Assembly: GCA_024404315.1 (NCBI GenBank)
Contig: JAKSQD010000005.1
Location: 599-64,598, forward strand
Source: Oscillospiraceae bacterium
GTDB lineage: Bacteria; Bacillota; Clostridia; Oscillospirales; Oscillospiraceae
Length of the DNA stretch: 64,000 bases
Direction of reading: 5' to 3'
Shown: one piece after another, positions 59,950 through 64,000 of the stretch
How the letters are laid out: each line of letters starts with the position of its first letter
Position numbering within the stretch: position 1 is the stretch's first letter
Program-made: the position numbers and the translations under genes
The notes under the pieces: model-generated
The model's database searches: none
The model's input: only the letters and a program-made list of their open reading frames with translations
What the model was told of the DNA's origin: nothing

Positions 59950-61836
59950 TCATTCCTCCAATTGCAGAGAAAGTTCCTCCCACTGTTCATAAAGTTCTGC
60001 GATTTTCTCGTCAATCTCGTCTTTTTGCGTGGAAATATCCTTCCAAGCGGTGTAATCCGTGGCCTTGGCAGCCATTTCCTCTTCCAAAGCAGCAGACTGC
60101 TCTTCCAGCTTGGCGATTTCTCGTTCCACCTGAGCAATCTTCTTTTCCACCATTTTGGTGCCTCCGGTGCGTTTTGGCTTTTCCTTTTTTGGTTTCTCGG
60201 TTTTGGGCTTGAGAACGCTTCTCAGCTCCTCTTCCCTCGCCTTTCGTGCCAGCCATGCTTCATAATTGCCGTGGAAATCGGTGATTCCGCCGTTTTCCAG
60301 CACCCAAATACGAGTGGCGAAACGGTTAATGAAGTAGCGGTCATGGGAGACGAAGAGCAAAGCACCCTCATAATTTTCCACCGCTTCCTCAATCCATTCA
60401 CGGGAGGCGATGTCCAGATGGTTGGTTGGTTCGTCCAGCACCAGGAAGTTAATGCGCTCGTCCATCAGCATACAGAGCTTCAACCGGCTGCGCTCGCCGC
60501 CGGAGAGGTTGTAAACCGCTTTGAACACATCATCCCCACGGAACTGAAACGTACCCAGACGGTTACGAGCCTCCTGAACGTCACAGTTGGTCTCATAGAG
60601 CATAGTATCCACCAGCGTCCGCTCCATATGGTCAAATTGGATAATCTGGGGCAGATAGCCAGGACGGACAGCAGGGCCAAAGTGGATGTAACCGTCATAC
60701 TTCTTATCATCCCCGAGGAGGATTTTCAGGAAGGTGGTTTTTCCGGTTCCGTTGTCACCCAAGAGGGCAATGCGTTCACCGCCGGTGACTTCCAAGTTCA
60801 GGTTAGAGAAGAGGGTGCGTTCGCCGAACGCCTTACCCACTTTGTTCAGAGTGAACAGCTCGTCTCCTTTAAAATCCAGGCCGGAGAAGCCCGCCTTCAT
60901 CCTGCGGGGGCCGGAATCGGGACGGTCGGTGGTTCTCATGCGCTCAATGCGTTTTTCAATGGCAAAGGCGGTTTTATGCTGCTTTTCCGTACCCCGCTGG
61001 TGCATGAGGGTGGCGGTAGCGGTAAGCTGGGCAATCTTGTCCTGTTCCTTTTGGAACTGCTTGAGCTGCTCTTGATAGCGCTTTTCCTTCTCCACGACAT
61101 AAAAGGAATAATTGCCGGAATAAAAAGCCGCTTGACCGTTGTCGATTTCCACAATGCGCTTGACCACTTTATCCAAGAAATAGCGGTCATGGGAGATGGC
61201 CAGAACAGTGCCTTTGAAGCTTTCCAGGTACTCTTCCAGCCACTCTACGGCGTGGAGATCCAAATGGTTGGTTGGCTCGTCCAAGAGCAGAATTTCGGTA
61301 TCCTCTAAGATGAGGCGACCCAGGTTGACACGGGTTTTTTCGCCGCCGGAGAGCATCTCAAATGGCTGCTGCCGCATCTCGGCGTTGATGCCCAGACCGT
61401 TGCAGACTTTGCTGATTTGGACGGAGATATCATAGCCGCCCGCCCGCTCGAACTCATGGCTGAGGAAATCGTAGCGGTTCATGGTAGCGCTGGAAGTATC
61501 ACCGGCGGCCATTTTCGCCGCCAGCTCCTCCATTTCCCATTCCATGCGGTGGACACGGACGAAAGCGTCATCCAGCACTTGCTCCACGGTGCACCCCAGC
61601 GGATAGACGGGAATCTGGGAAATGAGCCCCAGACGCTTTCCCGGCGCAATGGAAATTTCGCCTTCGTCGTAGTCATACTCACCGGTGAGGATTTTGAAGA
61701 GGGTGGTTTTTCCGCAGCCGTTTTTGCCGAGGATGCCCACACGCTCCCCCTCATTGACCTGAAAAGTGAGACCCTTGAGGATTTCATCACCGATGGTGAA
61801 GGATTTTACTAAGTTGTTGATGGAAATGTCAATCAT
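59950..61836 (-). CDS. ABC-F family ATPase
   Basis: Two ABC domains (GKNGCGKTT, LSGGEKTR; GDNGTGKTT, LSGGERSR), LLLDEPTNHLD; no TM domain; C-terminal coiled coil. Confidence 0.95.
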   Translation of the reverse strand: MIDISINNLVKSFTIGDEILKGLTFQVNEGERVGILGKNGCGKTTLFKILTGEYDYDEGEISIAPGKRLGLISQIPVYPLGCTVEQVLDDAFVRVHRMEWEMEELAAKMAAGDTSSATMNRYDFLSHEFERAGGYDISVQISKVCNGLGINAEMRQQPFEMLSGGEKTRVNLGRLILEDTEILLLDEPTNHLDLHAVEWLEEYLESFKGTVLAISHDRYFLDKVVKRIVEIDNGQAAFYSGNYSFYVVEKEKRYQEQLKQFQKEQDKIAQLTATATLMHQRGTEKQHKTAFAIEKRIERMRTTDRPDSGPRRMKAGFSGLDFKGDELFTLNKVGKAFGERTLFSNLNLEVTGGERIALLGDNGTGKTTFLKILLGDDKKYDGYIHFGPAVRPGYLPQIIQFDHMERTLVDTMLYETNCDVQEARNRLGTFQFRGDDVFKAVYNLSGGERSRLKLCMLMDERINFLVLDEPTNHLDIASREWIEEAVENYEGALLFVSHDRYFINRFATRIWVLENGGITDFHGNYEAWLARKAREEELRSVLKPKTEKPKKEKPKRTGGTKMVEKKIAQVEREIAKLEEQSAALEEEMAAKATDYTAWKDISTQKDEIDEKIAELYEQWEELSLQLEE

Positions 61837-61942
61837 GGTTTTATCCTTTCCTGTCGGATGCAGCACGCCGCACCCTCACGGCGAAGGAAAAACGCCGGTT
61901 TTGTCCCAATTGTGCCTTGGGCACTTGTGCGTTGCGTGCGGA

Positions 61943-63325
61943 TTATTCGGTAATGGTTTTGAGGTATTCCACCAGCTCTTCCATTCTCATGCCACGGGAT
62001 GCCTTGACCAGAACGGCGGAATCAGGCTTGACCACCTGATCCAAAACAGCTTTGGCTTCTTCCTTATTGGGGCGGGCATAGCACTCGGTCTGGGAAGAGA
62101 CAGCACCGTTATAGATATTCTCGGCCAGCTCACCCACAGCAATGAGCACATCAATGCCGCACTCGCCCACAAAACGTCCCACGCCCTCATGCAGGATGGG
62201 ACCAAGCGTGCCCAGCTCCAGCATATCGCCCAAAACAGCAATCTTCCGGGGAGCGGAAAGCTTGGAAAGGGTGTCCACAGCGGCACGCATGGACTGGGGA
62301 TTGGCGTTGTAGGTGTCGTTGAGGATGGTGATATTATCGCCTCGATGGATGATATCCATTCTCATCTTGGTGGGGACAAAATTGGAGATGCCACGGCGAA
62401 TTTCTTCGGTGGTCATGCCGAACCAACTGCCCACAGCAGCGGCAGCCAGCACGGGGTAAACCATATAGGATCCGAGGCCGGGGACATTCTGCGTCCACTT
62501 GTCCTGGGGCGCTTTGATGCTCATCAGCATATGGCCATCATAGCTCTCGTCCAGAGACCGACAGCGGAAGGTATTGTTTTCGCCGTTGCCGTACCACATA
62601 ATCTGCTGACGAAGCTTGCCCTCCAGCGTGCAAAGAAGAGGGTCATCACCGTTTAAGATGGCAACACCCTGCGCCGTCATACCATTGAAAATTTCGCTCT
62701 TTGCCTTGAGGGTGTTCTCTCGGCAGCCCATATTCTCAATGTGAGCGTCGCCGACGTTGGTGATAACGGCGACATCAGGATTGGCAATGTTGGTGAGGTA
62801 ATCAATCTCACCGAGATGGTTCATACCCATCTCCACAACGGCAACCTGATGCTTGCTGTTCAGGCGGAAGAGGGTTTTGGGCACGCCAATGTTGTTATTA
62901 AAGTTGCCGTCGGTCTTCAGGACGTCGAAGCGCTCGCTGAGGACAGAAGCAATCATATCCTTAGAGGTGGTCTTTCCCACGCTGCCAGTGACGGCAACAA
63001 TTTTCACATTGAACTTATGGCGGTAATAATAAGCCAAATCCCGGAGAGCCAGCATGGTATTTTCTACCTTGATGTAGAATTTATTCTCATCGTAGTGGTT
63101 CAGCTCCACCTCGGTGAGCGTGCCAGCCGCACCCTGTTCCAGTGCTTTGCCGATGTAAGCGTGTCCATCAAACCGTTCGCCCACCAGAGGGATAAAGAGA
63201 GAGCCTTCGCTCATGGCTCGGCTGTCGGTGTCAACAGCTGTCACCACGGTATCCAGCTTGTCAGAGCTGCCCAGCAAGGTGCCGTGGACAGCCTCCAGAA
63301 TTTCGCTCAGAGTAATGGGTTCCAT
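61943..63325 (-). CDS. murF: UDP-MurNAc-tripeptide--D-Ala-D-Ala ligase
   Basis: DSR, G.RFDGH, TGSVGKTTSK, EMGM.H.GEI, DTYNANP.SM, LGDMLELG. Confidence 0.96.
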   Translation of the reverse strand: MEPITLSEILEAVHGTLLGSSDKLDTVVTAVDTDSRAMSEGSLFIPLVGERFDGHAYIGKALEQGAAGTLTEVELNHYDENKFYIKVENTMLALRDLAYYYRHKFNVKIVAVTGSVGKTTSKDMIASVLSERFDVLKTDGNFNNNIGVPKTLFRLNSKHQVAVVEMGMNHLGEIDYLTNIANPDVAVITNVGDAHIENMGCRENTLKAKSEIFNGMTAQGVAILNGDDPLLCTLEGKLRQQIMWYGNGENNTFRCRSLDESYDGHMLMSIKAPQDKWTQNVPGLGSYMVYPVLAAAAVGSWFGMTTEEIRRGISNFVPTKMRMDIIHRGDNITILNDTYNANPQSMRAAVDTLSKLSAPRKIAVLGDMLELGTLGPILHEGVGRFVGECGIDVLIAVGELAENIYNGAVSSQTECYARPNKEEAKAVLDQVVKPDSAVLVKASRGMRMEELVEYLKTITE

Positions 63326-63340
63326 ATTCTGTCCCTCCTG

Positions 63341-64000
63341 TTAGTGGTTGCCGCGGATGCGGAGAGATTCCTTAATAATCATTTCGCACAGCTCACCATA
63401 ACCGATGCCAACGACAGCGGCTTCCTGCGGAACCAGGCTGGTGGGGGTCATGCCGGGAAGCGTGTTAATCTCCAGGAACCAGGGCGTTCCGTCCTCGGTG
63501 ACGATAAAATCCGCACGGGCATACACTGCCATACCAATGGCCTTAAAAACCTTTTCAGTGGCCTTAGAGATGCGGGCTTCCCACTCAGCGGGAATGGGAG
63601 CCGGGGTCACTTCAACGGCTGCGCCGGGCTGATATTTGTTTTCGTAGTCGTAGAAGCCCTCCTTGGGGATAATCTCAATGGAAGGCAGGGTGCGATTCAC
63701 CAGATAGGCCATTTGGATTTCACGACCCTTTACGTACTGTTCCAGCAGAACGTTAGCACCCAGGGGAATGCAGTTGAGCAAAGCCTGCTCCAGCTCCTCG
63801 GAGGTGGTGGCAATGGCAACGCCGATGGAGCTGCCGGAGGAAAGCGGCTTGACCACAACGGGGAGGCCGGTTCGGGCGACGATGGCTGGAATCTCTTTCT
63901 CTGTATAGGTAAAGGTTTCCCACATGGGAGTCTGAACCCCAGTCGGAAGGATGGCCTTTTTGGTCAGATCCTTATCCATGGCAATGGCGGCGGCAACAAA
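63341..64000 (-). CDS. ddl: D-alanine--D-alanine ligase, 3' part (5' end outside the window)
   Basis: A.AMDK..TK, PVVVKP...GSSIG, EQYV.GRE, YDYENKY, R.DF, LEINTLPGMT..S. Confidence 0.93.
   Translation of the reverse strand, partial: FVAAAIAMDKDLTKKAILPTGVQTPMWETFTYTEKEIPAIVARTGLPVVVKPLSSGSSIGVAIATTSEELEQALLNCIPLGANVLLEQYVKGREIQMAYLVNRTLPSIEIIPKEGFYDYENKYQPGAAVEVTPAPIPAEWEARISKATEKVFKAIGMAVYARADFIVTEDGTPWFLEINTLPGMTPTSLVPQEAAVVGIGYGELCEMIIKESLRIRGNH

Noticed and set aside
61837-61942. Antibiotic-responsive leader peptide for the ABC-F
   Set aside because: No uORF with an SD is evident, and the gene lies within a housekeeping operon.

Overview
A 64-kb window from a Clostridia-type gut Firmicute, probably Oscillospiraceae-like (inferred from gene content and gene order). 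Most of it is housekeeping and cell-envelope DNA: an L,D-transpeptidase, an MBOAT/SGNH acylation pair, lgt-ymfH-ymfF, a CotH/DUF4956 operon, tgt-metY-yajC, the SCIFF ranthipeptide pair, gluQ, telA, a 3D/G5 protein, ftsW/rodA, RNase P RNA, SRP RNA-dnaX-ybaB, ROK/GH31, ftsK, uppP, coaE, sua5, prfA, an ABC-F, murF and ddl. The stand-out is a ~10-kb accessory block at 28.9-38.6 kb. It encodes a five-gene type III-Dv-like CRISPR effector: HD-less Cas10 with AGDD, Cas7-Cas5-Cas11 fusion, Cas7-Cas7, Csx19, and Cas7-with-insertion ending in an S1-like tail. The window has no CRISPR array, cas6, cas1/2 or HEPN nuclease effector. Instead the effector is followed by a CARF-only TM1812-like gene, a tightly linked divergent sigma-70-like gene and a 73-aa two-helix membrane protein. 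This is a candidate type III signalling-to-transcription module. The sigma-like gene's best-placed ATG is out of frame by one A in an A7 run. Two 97.5%-identical copies of a 160-bp MITE (16-bp TIRs, different 4-bp TSDs) are also present, one inside the cas block. Protein family calls come from motif recognition only; no searches were run.
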